A stretch of DNA of 61,432 nucleotides from Paracoccaceae bacterium (GCA_024763335.1 JANTFS010000001.1:1-61432); one strand, 5' to 3'. Positions 16,803-25,846 are shown, counted from the stretch's first letter. Made by a program: numbers and translations. Notes: a model not told the origin generated them from the sequence alone.

Positions 16803-18066
16803 CGTCGCGCTCCATGTAGTCGTGGAGGATCGCGGTCATGATCGCGATGAGCTTGTCGGCGGCCTCCTGCGTCATCTTGCCCTTGGCGACCTGCCCCGGG
16901 TAGACGGCCTTCCGCAACGCGATCTCCCGTTTCAGCTCCTTGATCTTCTCGTCCACGGTGAACTCACCGGCGTGCGGCATCGGCTCATCGTGCGTGACAG
17001 CGCTGGAGGCGGCCGGAGAGGGGCCTTCTTCGGCCGGGGTGCTGGTGGGCTGGGTCGGGGCCTCCCGCTCTTCCTCGGGCTGCTCCGCGGCGAGACGGGC
17101 CTGTTCCTCGCGCTTGGCGGCCTCTTCGGCCTCGCGCACCCGGGCCGCCTCAGCTTCTTCGGCCTTCTTCTCCGCCGCCGCGGCCGCGTCTCGCAGCGCC
17201 TGCATCTCAGCCTCTTGGGCGGCTTCCTTCTCGCGCTCGGCTTTCTCCCGGGCCTCCTGCTCAGCCCGGGCCTTGGCCTCGGCCTCACGCTGGCGCGCGG
17301 CCTCTTCCTCGCGGGCCTTGCGCTGCTCTTCCTCGAAGGCGGCGCGCTCGGCTTCAAGGCGTTTGCGCTCCGCCTCGGCCTCAGCGCGCGCCCGGGCCGC
17401 CTCTTCCTCGGCCGCCTTCTTGGCCGCCTCGGCCTCCTCGCGGGTGACCGCGATCCGGTGGCACATGGTCAGGCGCTCGACCTCTTCGTCCCGGGCCTCG
17501 TTGGCCAGCTTGACGAATTCCTCGAAGCCGGTCTCGTCGATGACCCACCCCTTCACCTTCTCGATGGTGTAGGCGATGGCATCGGACGTGGCGGCCTCGG
17601 TGGTGTCGGGCTGCTTGATCTCCGCGATCTTGGCCATGATGGCCTCGCGGCGCTTGGCCTCCTTCTCTTCCCACTCGGTCACCGGCTTCCGGGTCTCGGC
17701 CTTGATCTCGTCCATGGCCTCGCGGAATTTCTTGCGCCGGAAGTCGAGCGGGGCGAGCTGTGCGCGGAGCGCATCGGTGAAGTCCTTCCACCGGCCGTCA
17801 ACCGCGGTCTTCGTCCGGGTGACCTTGGCGGCGAGCGAGATGCGCTCTTCCCGGGCCTTGGCGGTGCTCACGTCCACCGGGTGTTTCGCGATCTCTTCCT
17901 TCACCATCGCGATCATCTGGTCGACACCCTCATCGGTCTTGAAGGCGTCAACGATGAAGCTCGGCTTGACCGCCACCACGAGGTCGGTGCGGGGCTCATC
18001 GCTTTCATCGTGCGGGGGCAGGACTTCACCGTCGATGACGGCAGGGGCTTCGGTTTTGTCGTTCAT
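16792..18066 (-). CDS. Long coiled-coil protein with an appended C-terminal helical domain
   Basis: GGAG RBS before ATG 18066; E/A/K/R-rich coiled coil. Confidence 0.75.
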   Translation of the reverse strand: MNDKTEAPAVIDGEVLPPHDESDEPRTDLVVAVKPSFIVDAFKTDEGVDQMIAMVKEEIAKHPVDVSTAKAREERISLAAKVTRTKTAVDGRWKDFTDALRAQLAPLDFRRKKFREAMDEIKAETRKPVTEWEEKEAKRREAIMAKIAEIKQPDTTEAATSDAIAYTIEKVKGWVIDETGFEEFVKLANEARDEEVERLTMCHRIAVTREEAEAAKKAAEEEAARARAEAEAERKRLEAERAAFEEEQRKAREEEAARQREAEAKARAEQEAREKAEREKEAAQEAEMQALRDAAAAAEKKAEEAEAARVREAEEAAKREEQARLAAEQPEEEREAPTQPTSTPAEEGPSPAASSAVTHDEPMPHAGEFTVDEKIKELKREIALRKAVYPGQVAKGKMTQEAADKLIAIMTAILHDYMERDDAS

Positions 18067-18067
18067 G

Positions 18068-18454
18068 TCAGTCTCCACGTTCTCGTTCCCAAGCATTGAT
18101 CGAAAGGCTGGGTCGGGTGCTTGGGTCACTCGGCCACGGCTCAGGGGGCGGGGGGTCGTATGGGATGGGGCCTTCGTACCGCTGCGTGAAGAGGTAGCTG
18201 TAGGTCTCCACCGTCATCTTCGGGCGGCCTTCGAGCGGCATGAACCGCACGAGGCCAATGTCTCCGTCCAGCACGTAGGTCTCCGCACCGTCAGGGGCGA
18301 CGAGCCGGCTGAGCCGGCCCACGTATTTCTGGGGGTCGATCACCGGCTCTCCGGTGACGTGCATGATCGCTTCGGCGATGATCTGGTCACGCTCGCAGGC
18401 GATCTCACGGGCCGCTTGTGTGGCCAGCTCAGATAGCAGAGACAAACGTTCCAT
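18068..18454 (-). CDS. Hypothetical protein
   Basis: GGAGG RBS; operon packing. Confidence 0.65.
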   Translation of the reverse strand: MERLSLLSELATQAAREIACERDQIIAEAIMHVTGEPVIDPQKYVGRLSRLVAPDGAETYVLDGDIGLVRFMPLEGRPKMTVETYSYLFTQRYEGPIPYDPPPPEPWPSDPSTRPSLSINAWERERGD

Positions 18455-18737
18455 CGGGCACCTCCTGAAAGCGCGCGCGCCGATCCCAGTCCACGTGGCG
18501 GCGCTTGCCGTCCGGTTCGATCTTGCGCATGAAGAAGTCGCCGCTCACCGGGTCGAGCTGGAACTCCCACTCCCATGCGGCTCCGACCACATTGGATTTC
18601 AGGCGCTCGATCCCGGGCTCGCCGGTCATCGGGTTGTTCGGGGAGATGCGCTGCCACTCCGACCGGGGGAGCACAAGGCACTCCCCGACCTTCATGTTCA
18701 AGGTCACCGTCCCAAGGTGCGCGAGGTCTTCGATCAT
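18429..18737 (-). CDS. Hypothetical protein
   Basis: AAGGAG RBS; ATGA coupling. Confidence 0.6.
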   Translation of the reverse strand: MIEDLAHLGTVTLNMKVGECLVLPRSEWQRISPNNPMTGEPGIERLKSNVVGAAWEWEFQLDPVSGDFFMRKIEPDGKRRHVDWDRRARFQEVPDGTFVSAI

Positions 18738-18904
18738 TCCCAGCGGTCTCCTTTCCAGTCTGACGTGCTCTCAATCCGTCGGATCAGGAGCCACGTCGGG
18801 GTGATGACGACGACGGTTGCCCAGAACCAGCCCATCGCCGTTTTCAGGTTGGCGTGGCGCGCGAAGAAGCGGCCGAGCCGGGTGCGGATGATGCGTCTAC
18901 CCAT
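18734..18904 (-). CDS. 56-aa membrane protein (MGRRIIRTRL...)
   Basis: Manual translation; one hydrophobic segment; overlaps both neighbours. Confidence 0.5.
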   Translation of the reverse strand: MGRRIIRTRLGRFFARHANLKTAMGWFWATVVVITPTWLLIRRIESTSDWKGDRWE

Positions 18905-19265
18905 TGAGCTTCACCTCGGGGGCGGGGCCGAGCGGAACCCGGAAAACCTCATCCCCAACCGGGCCGAGCCATTCGAAGGTGCCCAGCTCACCCCAAATCA
19001 GATCATCCTCATCGGCGGCATGGCTGTAGGTGGTCAGCGGGACGATGGTGGCTAGATGCCAGCCGGTGCGCTCGTGGTAGATCGCCCAGACCAGCGAGAG
19101 CCCGGGCAGATCGCCCTCCATCTCAAAGATTTCCTCGTTGAGCTCCGCCTCGGTACGCTCCAGCACTCCGATCTGCGCGAGAAGGCTGTCCATCTCAGCG
19201 TCATCGCCATGGGCGTTGACCCACGCCTCGGCTACGGCGCGGGATGCCCGGATGAAATCAGCCAT
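18897..19265 (-). CDS. Hypothetical acidic protein
   Basis: AAGGAG RBS; operon packing. Confidence 0.65.
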   Translation of the reverse strand: MADFIRASRAVAEAWVNAHGDDAEMDSLLAQIGVLERTEAELNEEIFEMEGDLPGLSLVWAIYHERTGWHLATIVPLTTYSHAADEDDLIWGELGTFEWLGPVGDEVFRVPLGPAPEVKLNG

Positions 19266-19617
19266 CGCTCCGCTCCTTCTCCCGGATCGCGATCCAGCCC
19301 CCCTCGTCGCACCACTCGTTGACCTTCTCCCGGCTGCCGTAGGCCGCAGTCGAGGTGCTGTTGTAGAGGAACATCACTATCCCCCGGAGCCCGGCCACGC
19401 TCTTCTCATCGCCGCGCTTCACGGCTTCGAAGAGGTCGCCCTCAAGGGCCGCGGTGAGGAAGCGGCCCGGGCGAACCCCGAGCAACAGGTAGCGCACCAA
19501 GCCGGATTGCAGGTGCTCGGGGATATGCTCCATGAGACTGAACCCCGCGCCCGGCCCCCAGTATGCTTCGTATGCTTGCGCCGGATGGTCGGCGATCCAA
19601 TTTCCAAGGTCTGACAT
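19258..19617 (-). CDS. Hypothetical phage protein
   Basis: GGAGG RBS; PG.FL.A.L..DL..A motif. Confidence 0.7.
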   Translation of the reverse strand: MSDLGNWIADHPAQAYEAYWGPGAGFSLMEHIPEHLQSGLVRYLLLGVRPGRFLTAALEGDLFEAVKRGDEKSVAGLRGIVMFLYNSTSTAAYGSREKVNEWCDEGGWIAIREKERSDG

Positions 19618-19625
19618 GGTTCCTC

Positions 19626-20021
19626 CTAGATGACGTGCAGGATCGTAGCGCCCCGCACCTGAATGATCCCGAGCTGGACGAGCATCGCCTGCGTCTCCAT
19701 GACGCCATGGAAGACGCGCTCGATCACGCCCGCCGGGTAGCGCTCGAGCTGCTTCCAGCCGTGGTGGCGCATATCGAGCAGGTCATGGCACAGGTGGCAC
19801 CCCGCGGCGATCCCGAGGTCTGTGGTCTTTGTGCCCTGCCCGCCACCTACGCCGCACTTCGTGTGACAGCCGACGACGGTGGTCTGGTCGCTGCACCGGA
19901 GCCCGATGAAGCTGGCCAGACGAAGGGTGCAGGGCATCCCCTCGATGGCCGCGCGCACGTCTTCGGAGACAATCGCCGGGAGCATGTGCGGCCGGTAGAG
20001 CTTGCCCTGCCAGTTCACCAC
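19626..20021 (-). CDS. DUF1364/YbcO-like Zn-binding putative nuclease
   Basis: CTLRL...C...TTVVGCH....G.GTK..D...A.GC..CHD.LD. Confidence 0.8.
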   Translation of the reverse strand: MVNWQGKLYRPHMLPAIVSEDVRAAIEGMPCTLRLASFIGLRCSDQTTVVGCHTKCGVGGGQGTKTTDLGIAAGCHLCHDLLDMRHHGWKQLERYPAGVIERVFHGVMETQAMLVQLGIIQVRGATILHVI

Positions 20022-20143
20022 CGCCCCCCTTCCACGCGCTTCATGATCCAGATCAGCGCGAAGAGCGCCAACTCGTCGAAGAACAGGGTGACGCTGGACG
20101 GGAGAACCCAGTCCTCGACCTCACGTCTCGTCTTGCGATTCAT
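20015..20143 (-). CDS. 42-aa hypothetical protein
   Basis: Manual translation MNRKTRREVEDW...; overlaps both neighbours. Confidence 0.35.
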   Translation of the reverse strand: MNRKTRREVEDWVLPSSVTLFFDELALFALIWIMKRVEGGRW

Positions 20144-21104
20144 CTTCATCTCCTTCGTCGGTAGCCGCGCTCACGATGTCCCAGCCTTCGCACCATGCCG
20201 CGGCGAGCGCGGTGCCTTCCGAGTGGGGACAGTGCCCCCGCTCAAAGCCCTCGGCTGCGGCGGTCTCCCCGTCCTGCTTCACCCGGACCAGAGCCTCGGG
20301 GTCCACCTCTTCCGCCTCGCCGTCGATCACGTCGGGGCCTGTGTCTGCCGGCGGCTTCTCTTTCGCCGCCTCGCGCTGGCGTTCCATCTCGGTCGCGCGC
20401 TCCTTCGCCTTGTCGGCGATCTGCTCGAAGCCGGTGCGCTGGCGCTCGGGCTCGGGCTCATGGGGCGTGATGTCACGCATCCGCTCCACGTCCTCCATCT
20501 CTTCCCGAACCTGAATGCCCATCATGGCGTCGGCCGCGCCGTCCCGGCACGCGAACGCCCGGGCACGCATCTGCAGCATCCGATCCGGGTAGCGGAACCA
20601 CGGGCTGTCGTTCTTGGCGTCATACCACTGGTCGGAGTTGCGCTTCTTCCGGCGCACCGTCTCGCGCTCATCCCAGAGCCCGGCGCGCTTGGCATCGGCA
20701 ACCGAGAAGGTGCGGATGATCTCCTGCCCGGTGTCACCGCGGGTGAGGGTGGCCACGGCCTTCCGCGCGTCTCCCTCACCCTCCATCACCACGTCGAGCC
20801 GGTGGCCGGCGCGCTGCATGATCGCCGGGATCGCGTCACCCCAGAGAACCGCACGGCCGTTGATGACCGCGATGTTGGCAAGCGACTGCATCGGGCCAAG
20901 GCCGACCTCAGCGCCGCGCATGATCGCCGCCATGATGGCGTCGGGCTGGCCTTGGAAGTGCTGCGGGACCATCTGCCCCGCGGCGGCGAGCGCCCGGGAA
21001 ACCCGGAACGCCTCGTCGATGGACTGCGGGATGATCGCCACGACCGGGCCGCCGCCCTTGATGTCGTGCTTCACCGCAGGGGTGGTGAGATCGGTCTCGG
21101 TCAT
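20121..21104 (-). CDS. recT: RecT/Redbeta-like ssDNA-annealing recombinase
   Basis: GAEVGLGPMQSLANIAVINGRAVLWGDA and W.RYPDRML..RA motifs; next to an exonuclease. Confidence 0.82.
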   Translation of the reverse strand: MTETDLTTPAVKHDIKGGGPVVAIIPQSIDEAFRVSRALAAAGQMVPQHFQGQPDAIMAAIMRGAEVGLGPMQSLANIAVINGRAVLWGDAIPAIMQRAGHRLDVVMEGEGDARKAVATLTRGDTGQEIIRTFSVADAKRAGLWDERETVRRKKRNSDQWYDAKNDSPWFRYPDRMLQMRARAFACRDGAADAMMGIQVREEMEDVERMRDITPHEPEPERQRTGFEQIADKAKERATEMERQREAAKEKPPADTGPDVIDGEAEEVDPEALVRVKQDGETAAAEGFERGHCPHSEGTALAAAWCEGWDIVSAATDEGDEDESQDET

Positions 21105-21147
21105 GCGAGGTGTTCCGCGGCGGTCTTGGTCTTCTGGGGACGTCTGG

Positions 21148-22113
21148 TCACGGGGCTTCTCCTTCCGTGTTCATCTCTTCGAGGATGCGCTCGCGCAGCT
21201 TTGCGGGCATGTGGTATGCGCCGACGTGCTCGCCCGGGCCGGGCCAATTGTCAGACGCAAGGCATTCGGCGAAGCGGTCGAGGCTCTGCCGGTTCATCCA
21301 CCGCCCGATGCCGACCTCTTCGTCGTCGAGCGCGCGGGGGATCACGTGGAAGGGTGGCGTGGTGAGCTGGAACACGAACCCCAGCGCGCCCATGCGCTCT
21401 CCGGTGATCTGCTCGAACGCCTCATCGGCCCATCCCATCTGCATGAACAACAGGTGGTCCGTGATCCGGCGGTCGATGTGGTAGGGCTGGATGTAGGCGT
21501 CCATGATCGAGATCGACTTGTAGTCCACCCCGGTGCCGTCGAAGGTCATGTTGTCCGGTCGGCTGAGGCACCAGATGCCCGTCTTCGGGTCTTTCCACGC
21601 CATGGTGATCTCGGGCTCGCCCCCCAGCATGGTGGCCGCCACCGGATCGCGCGCGAGCACTTCGCCCAGCGCCTTGATCCTGTCTACATCGGCCTCGGTG
21701 ATCTTGGGGCGGGGGTCGGCTTCGACGCGCTCCCAGAAGGAGATGGCCTCCATGGCAGCTTGCGTGGCGCGACCCTCCTTGAAGGCGATGAGCTGTTTCT
21801 CGTTGGGGCGGTTCGGCTTCTTCGCCGGGAGCACGTAGAACTCCCCGCGGAGCTGGTCTTCGCCGCCCTCGATGAAGGCCGCGATGGCCGAGCCCAGCTT
21901 CCACGCCGGCCGGTCAGGCTGCTCCATGCGGTCGGGGTTAAGCCGGTGGAACGCCCACACATCCGCGGGCGTGCCTTTCCGCATCGTGCGGAGCACCGAG
22001 CTGGTCACGCTCACCCCGTCACAGGGCTGGGAGTGGTGCTGCCACAGGGGCATCCGATAGAAGCCGGGCTGCGTGATCTTCTCGTCGCGTCCGAGGTTGA
22101 TGATCTCCATCAC
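21148..22113 (-). CDS. recE: RecE/ExoVIII-like PD-(D/E)XK exonuclease (DUF3799)
   Basis: VSVTSS.L, GSA, E......D..TG..C.SRPD, VDYKS, QMGW, WPG. Confidence 0.85.
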   Translation of the reverse strand: MMEIINLGRDEKITQPGFYRMPLWQHHSQPCDGVSVTSSVLRTMRKGTPADVWAFHRLNPDRMEQPDRPAWKLGSAIAAFIEGGEDQLRGEFYVLPAKKPNRPNEKQLIAFKEGRATQAAMEAISFWERVEADPRPKITEADVDRIKALGEVLARDPVAATMLGGEPEITMAWKDPKTGIWCLSRPDNMTFDGTGVDYKSISIMDAYIQPYHIDRRITDHLLFMQMGWADEAFEQITGERMGALGFVFQLTTPPFHVIPRALDDEEVGIGRWMNRQSLDRFAECLASDNWPGPGEHVGAYHMPAKLRERILEEMNTEGEAP

Positions 22114-22337
22114 CAGTTCTCCAAGACAGTCCGGCCGTCATCGGTCAGGCGAACCGCGCCGCGGCCGGTTGTCTCGTCGGTCACCTTGGTTTCGATCAGC
22201 TCGCTCGGGAAGTTCTCCCGGATGTGCTTGAGGATGCGGGGGGCGCATTCGGCCCAGCCGTCCGCGCCCTTCTCCTTTTCAGTAAGCTCCATGATGCGGA
22301 AATGCCCGCTGTGCAATTCGTGTATCGAGTAGGTCAT
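22110..22337 (-). CDS. Hypothetical protein, first gene of the leftward operon
   Basis: CAGCTACGGAGACCAC-ATG leader. Confidence 0.7.
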   Translation of the reverse strand: MTYSIHELHSGHFRIMELTEKEKGADGWAECAPRILKHIRENFPSELIETKVTDETTGRGAVRLTDDGRTVLENW

Positions 22338-22360
22338 GTGGTCTCCGTAGCTGTGGGGGT

Positions 22361-22404
22361 TGTATAGCAAAACGGTTGCGCCACCGCAACGCTTTCGTTA
22401 CGCT
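22361..22404. promoter_or_regulatory. Back-to-back divergent promoters with a palindromic operator GTTGCG-N4-CGCAAC (22375-22390)
   Basis: Left TTGCGG-N17-TATACA; right TTGCGC-N17-TACGCT; both -35 boxes lie in the palindrome. Confidence 0.65.
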
Positions 22405-22431
22405 CGCGCGCATCTCAATACGGAGACCACG

Positions 22432-22587
22432 ATGGGAAAGAAGGTCCAGATGAACGTGCGGATCGACGAGGACATGCTCGACCGACTGCGCGCCATGGCA
22501 GATCGACAGGACCGCTCGGTGGCCGCCCAGCTTCGCATCTACATCGACCGCGGGCTGAAACGGGATGAGGGCGATGGATCGGACTAG
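22432..22587 (+). CDS. Arc/MetJ ribbon-helix-helix regulator
   Basis: QMNVRIDEDMLDRLRAMADRQDRSVAAQLR. Confidence 0.88.
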   Translation: MGKKVQMNVRIDEDMLDRLRAMADRQDRSVAAQLRIYIDRGLKRDEGDGSD

Positions 22588-22951
22588 CCTGTATCGTCAC
22601 TTCGATGCCGAGGGCAACTTGCTCTACATCGGCATCTCCAAGAGCCACATGACCCGGCTCGGTCAGCACCAGCATGGGTCGCACTGGTTCTGGGACATCA
22701 CCCGCATCGAGATCGAGTACTTCGAAACCCGGGAAGATGCCGTGACGGCCGAAGCCCTCGCAATCGCAAAGGAGAAACCCCGCCACAACACCCAACACGC
22801 CCGAGGCGAGACTGTCGGCTGGGGGTGCAGGCTTCCTGCATCGCTGATCGACCGGCTCAAGGATCACGCTGAACGCAACGGTCGGACGATGACCGATGAG
22901 GTGATCCTCATCCTCGAAACCTATCTCGAACAGCGAAAGAAAGACCAATGA
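22574..22951 (+). CDS. GIY-YIG domain fused to an Arc-like RHH
   Basis: LYRHF...LLYIGIS...RLGQH...AE..AI..EKP.HN; then RLPASLIDRLKDHAERNGRTM. Confidence 0.8.
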   Translation: MDRTSLYRHFDAEGNLLYIGISKSHMTRLGQHQHGSHWFWDITRIEIEYFETREDAVTAEALAIAKEKPRHNTQHARGETVGWGCRLPASLIDRLKDHAERNGRTMTDEVILILETYLEQRKKDQ

Positions 22952-23460
22952 CCATGACGCAGAACGAACTCATCACTGCCCTCCGCGATCAGCTTGCCAA
23001 CGCGGTGGTGCCCATCGACGGCTACGCGGTGAAGGAACTCACCGTCGAGCTGGCCAACATGAAACAGTCGGTCAGCGAGGAAAACGGCAAGCTCCGCTCG
23101 TTCCTCAAGGAAGGGCTCAAGGAGAACCAGCTCAACAAGAAGGGCTATGCCATCTTCCGGGCGCTCTACGACGCCAGCCGGAGCGAGCGCGTCGATCAGC
23201 TCCGCACCCTGCTCCCGCTGATCCTCTACGGGCTCGACGAGCTGGGGTGGCTCGAGCACATGACCGATCTGGTCAGCGAAGCCGAGGGAGACGATGACCA
23301 CGGTGACCACCCCGACCGGGACGAACATGATGGCGGCGAGATCGACCCGGACGAGGTCGGCGAGGCCATGGACGGCATCGAGGAAGGTGTCGAGGACGCC
23401 GGCGATGGCAGCGACGAGACCGACCCGGAAAACATCCCGGGCAACCCGGCGGGCGCATGA
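22948..23460 (+). CDS. Hypothetical protein with a highly acidic C-terminus
   Basis: ATGA coupling; D/E-rich tail. Confidence 0.7.
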   Translation: MTMTQNELITALRDQLANAVVPIDGYAVKELTVELANMKQSVSEENGKLRSFLKEGLKENQLNKKGYAIFRALYDASRSERVDQLRTLLPLILYGLDELGWLEHMTDLVSEAEGDDDHGDHPDRDEHDGGEIDPDEVGEAMDGIEEGVEDAGDGSDETDPENIPGNPAGA

Positions 23461-24179
23461 TGAACGCCATGAACGGACCCACTGAAACCCTCCCCGCGCT
23501 GATCGACCAAGCGACCCGCTCGCTGGCCGAGGCCCGGACCTATGCTGAGGTTCTGGAAGTGAAGGCCGATGCGCAGATGATCTATGACGCGGCGAAAACC
23601 GCGGCTCGGATCGCCCGCGCGAAGCAGGCTCATGACAGCGTGCTCGTCGGCGTGGCCGAGGCTCAAGGCAAGGCCCTCGCTATCGAGGCCCGGGCCGAGA
23701 TCCGGTTAGCTGAGGAATACGAGGCGGCGCAGGATCGCGGGGAGGTCGCGAAGAACGGGGGCGACAGGACCAGTGTTCCCGGCGAGAACACTGAAAAGCC
23801 CGCCACCTCGGCCGAGATCGGCATCGACCGCAAAGACATCCATCGTGGCCGCAAGCTCGCGGCCGCGGAGGCCGCTGAACCGGGCGTGATCGAGCGCAGC
23901 ATCGGTGAGATCGTCGAGGCCGGGGAGGAACCGACCAAGGCGGCGCTCGCGCGCAAGCTCGACACCGCCCCGAAGAAACCGAAGCCGGAGCCCAACCCGG
24001 TCGCCGATGCCGCCCTCTGGGTCTGGGGCAGGATCAAGGATTTCGAGCGGGACGAGACCCTGCGGCTCGATCCGGCTGAGGTCTTCGCAAAGATGACCCA
24101 GCCCATGAAAGAGGACGTGCGACGGCTCCTGCCGCGCGTCCAGACCTTCCTCAACAGATTGGAGAAAACCGATGAATGA
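23457..24179 (+). CDS. Hypothetical DNA-binding protein resembling the N-terminal module of phage MT-A70 proteins
   Basis: RAEIRLAEEYEAAQDRGEVA..GG...T.AEIGIDRK; no DPPW domain. Confidence 0.65.
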   Translation: MMNAMNGPTETLPALIDQATRSLAEARTYAEVLEVKADAQMIYDAAKTAARIARAKQAHDSVLVGVAEAQGKALAIEARAEIRLAEEYEAAQDRGEVAKNGGDRTSVPGENTEKPATSAEIGIDRKDIHRGRKLAAAEAAEPGVIERSIGEIVEAGEEPTKAALARKLDTAPKKPKPEPNPVADAALWVWGRIKDFERDETLRLDPAEVFAKMTQPMKEDVRRLLPRVQTFLNRLEKTDE

Positions 24180-24609
24180 AGCCGGGAAAATCTCGGCCGA
24201 GATCGACACCCAATATGCGGCCCTTTCCGAAGCCGTCGTGATCTCGCCCAATGCGCTTGCCGCGCGCGTTTTCAGCGCGCTCTCAAACGGCCTGGAAAAC
24301 AAGATCGTTGCCCACGCGGGAAGCGAGCACATCAAGGAGGTTTGCCGGAAATTCCTCGCTCGCCACAAGGATAAGCCCGCCGCGGCGATCGAGCAGTCCA
24401 CGCTGGACCTCGGTGATTGGGATGGCCAGCTCCAAGATCGCTACCCGGGCAAACCCACGCCGGGCGCGGAACCGCGGTATGTGCTCCGCGAGCACCTGAG
24501 CCCCGATGACCGCGCGTGGAATGTCGCCCGGTTGCGCAAGGCTGGCAGAAGCCTCCTGAAACACGCCGACGCCCTCGAAGCCGAGGGGCAGGTCAAGGGC
24601 GCGGCCTGA
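24172..24609 (+). CDS. Hypothetical protein
   Basis: GGAG RBS; overlapping operon. Confidence 0.7.
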   Translation: MNEAGKISAEIDTQYAALSEAVVISPNALAARVFSALSNGLENKIVAHAGSEHIKEVCRKFLARHKDKPAAAIEQSTLDLGDWDGQLQDRYPGKPTPGAEPRYVLREHLSPDDRAWNVARLRKAGRSLLKHADALEAEGQVKGAA

Positions 24610-25157
24610 TGGGCGCGACGCCCCGGTTCAACCGCCTGATGGTGGCGGCGTTCGACCTCGGGGCGCACACCGGCGTGGCAATCGGCCTCGCCGGGCAGAA
24701 ACCCGCGCTCTCCACCGAGATGGTGGGGAGCCGGTCCATCCCCCACGGCGCGCGGTTCCTCGCGATGCAGCGCCTCACCCTGCAGATCATCAATCTCCAC
24801 CGGCCGGATCGGATCGTGATCGAGAAGCCCATCGCGGCCGGGGTCAAGGGGAGCGAGGAACGGGTCCAGCTCGCCATGGGGTATCGCGCCGCGGTCATGA
24901 CGGCCGCCTATGCCAAGAGCGTGCCCTTCTTCGAGTTCAGCGTGATGTCGGTGCGCCGGCACTTCATCGGCTCTTCGAAGCTCCACCGAGCCAAGGCGAA
25001 GGCCGCTACCGTAGCGCGCGCGTCCGCGCTCGGATGGAAGCCCATGACCGAGGACGAGGGCGATGCCGCCGCGGTCTGGGACTACGCCTGCTCCAAAATG
25101 GCCCCGCATCTGCACTCGGCGGTCCCGTATGGGGGCCTTTTCGACCGCTCATCCTGA
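24609..25157 (+). CDS. ruvC: RuvC-like Holliday junction resolvase
   Basis: AFDLG..TGVA, IVIEKP, DEGDAAAVW acidic motifs. Confidence 0.8.
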   Translation: MGATPRFNRLMVAAFDLGAHTGVAIGLAGQKPALSTEMVGSRSIPHGARFLAMQRLTLQIINLHRPDRIVIEKPIAAGVKGSEERVQLAMGYRAAVMTAAYAKSVPFFEFSVMSVRRHFIGSSKLHRAKAKAATVARASALGWKPMTEDEGDAAAVWDYACSKMAPHLHSAVPYGGLFDRSS

Positions 25158-25186
25158 CTTTTTGGCCCTTTTTGGCCGGTTTCCTC

Positions 25187-25215
25187 TTGTGCCGCGGCCC
25201 GTTTCGGGCTATTAT
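25187..25215 (+). promoter_or_regulatory. Early promoter P1
   Basis: TTGTGC-N17-TATTAT with a CGTTTCGGGC box. Confidence 0.7.
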
Positions 25216-25241
25216 AGGACCATAGAGAGAGGAAACCAGCT

Positions 25242-25526
25242 ATGACCTACCCATTCACCATTACCCGCACCGTTGCCGGTACCCAGCCCCACAAACTCGG
25301 GGACGCGGAGATGATGGCCAACGTGCTCAACGATGCCGCTGATGCCGCTTTCCATGGACTGGCCTCGGACGCCAATGAGTTCCAGCGCCAGCGGGTCGCC
25401 CAGCTCTACATGCTCACCGCGGCCGCGTGGAAGCTCGCCCAGAGCGGCGTGCTCGGACACGCGCGGATGGACCGCTACTGTGATGCCGAGGATCGGTGCC
25501 ACGCGGCGGTGAGAAGCCTGATCTGA
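25242..25526 (+). CDS. Hypothetical early protein
   Basis: GAGG RBS plus CAGCT-ATG. Confidence 0.75.
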   Translation: MTYPFTITRTVAGTQPHKLGDAEMMANVLNDAADAAFHGLASDANEFQRQRVAQLYMLTAAAWKLAQSGVLGHARMDRYCDAEDRCHAAVRSLI

Positions 25527-25533
25527 AACCCCC

Positions 25534-25553
25534 GGCGGGGCTTCGGCCCCGCC
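25534..25553 (+). other. GC hairpin with a cUUCGg tetraloop and no U tract
   Basis: GGCGGGGC-TTCG-GCCCCGCC. Confidence 0.75.
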
Positions 25554-25574
25554 ACCCCAGCTACGGAGATCGAC

Positions 25575-25832
25575 ATGAACAACCCCTTCAAAAGCCCTGA
25601 TCGGATCACCTTGACGTGGACCGACGAGCGCGGCTTCGCCCTGCAGATCGTGAGTATCGCCTGCAACGTCGAGATCGTCTGCGGCCTCGCTGATGTGGCC
25701 GTGGGCCTCCTGCAGACCAACGGCGTCGAGACCTTCGAGTGCGATGCCGAGGTCTTGAGCGAGCCCGTGGCCTACAGACCGTTTGAGGCCGCGAGCAAGA
25801 TCGCCGGCTACCTGCCCGGCATGAACCTCTGA
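25575..25832 (+). CDS. Hypothetical early protein
   Basis: CAGCTACGGAGA leader. Confidence 0.7.
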   Translation: MNNPFKSPDRITLTWTDERGFALQIVSIACNVEIVCGLADVAVGLLQTNGVETFECDAEVLSEPVAYRPFEAASKIAGYLPGMNL

Positions 25833-25846
25833 GGAAGGAGACCACC

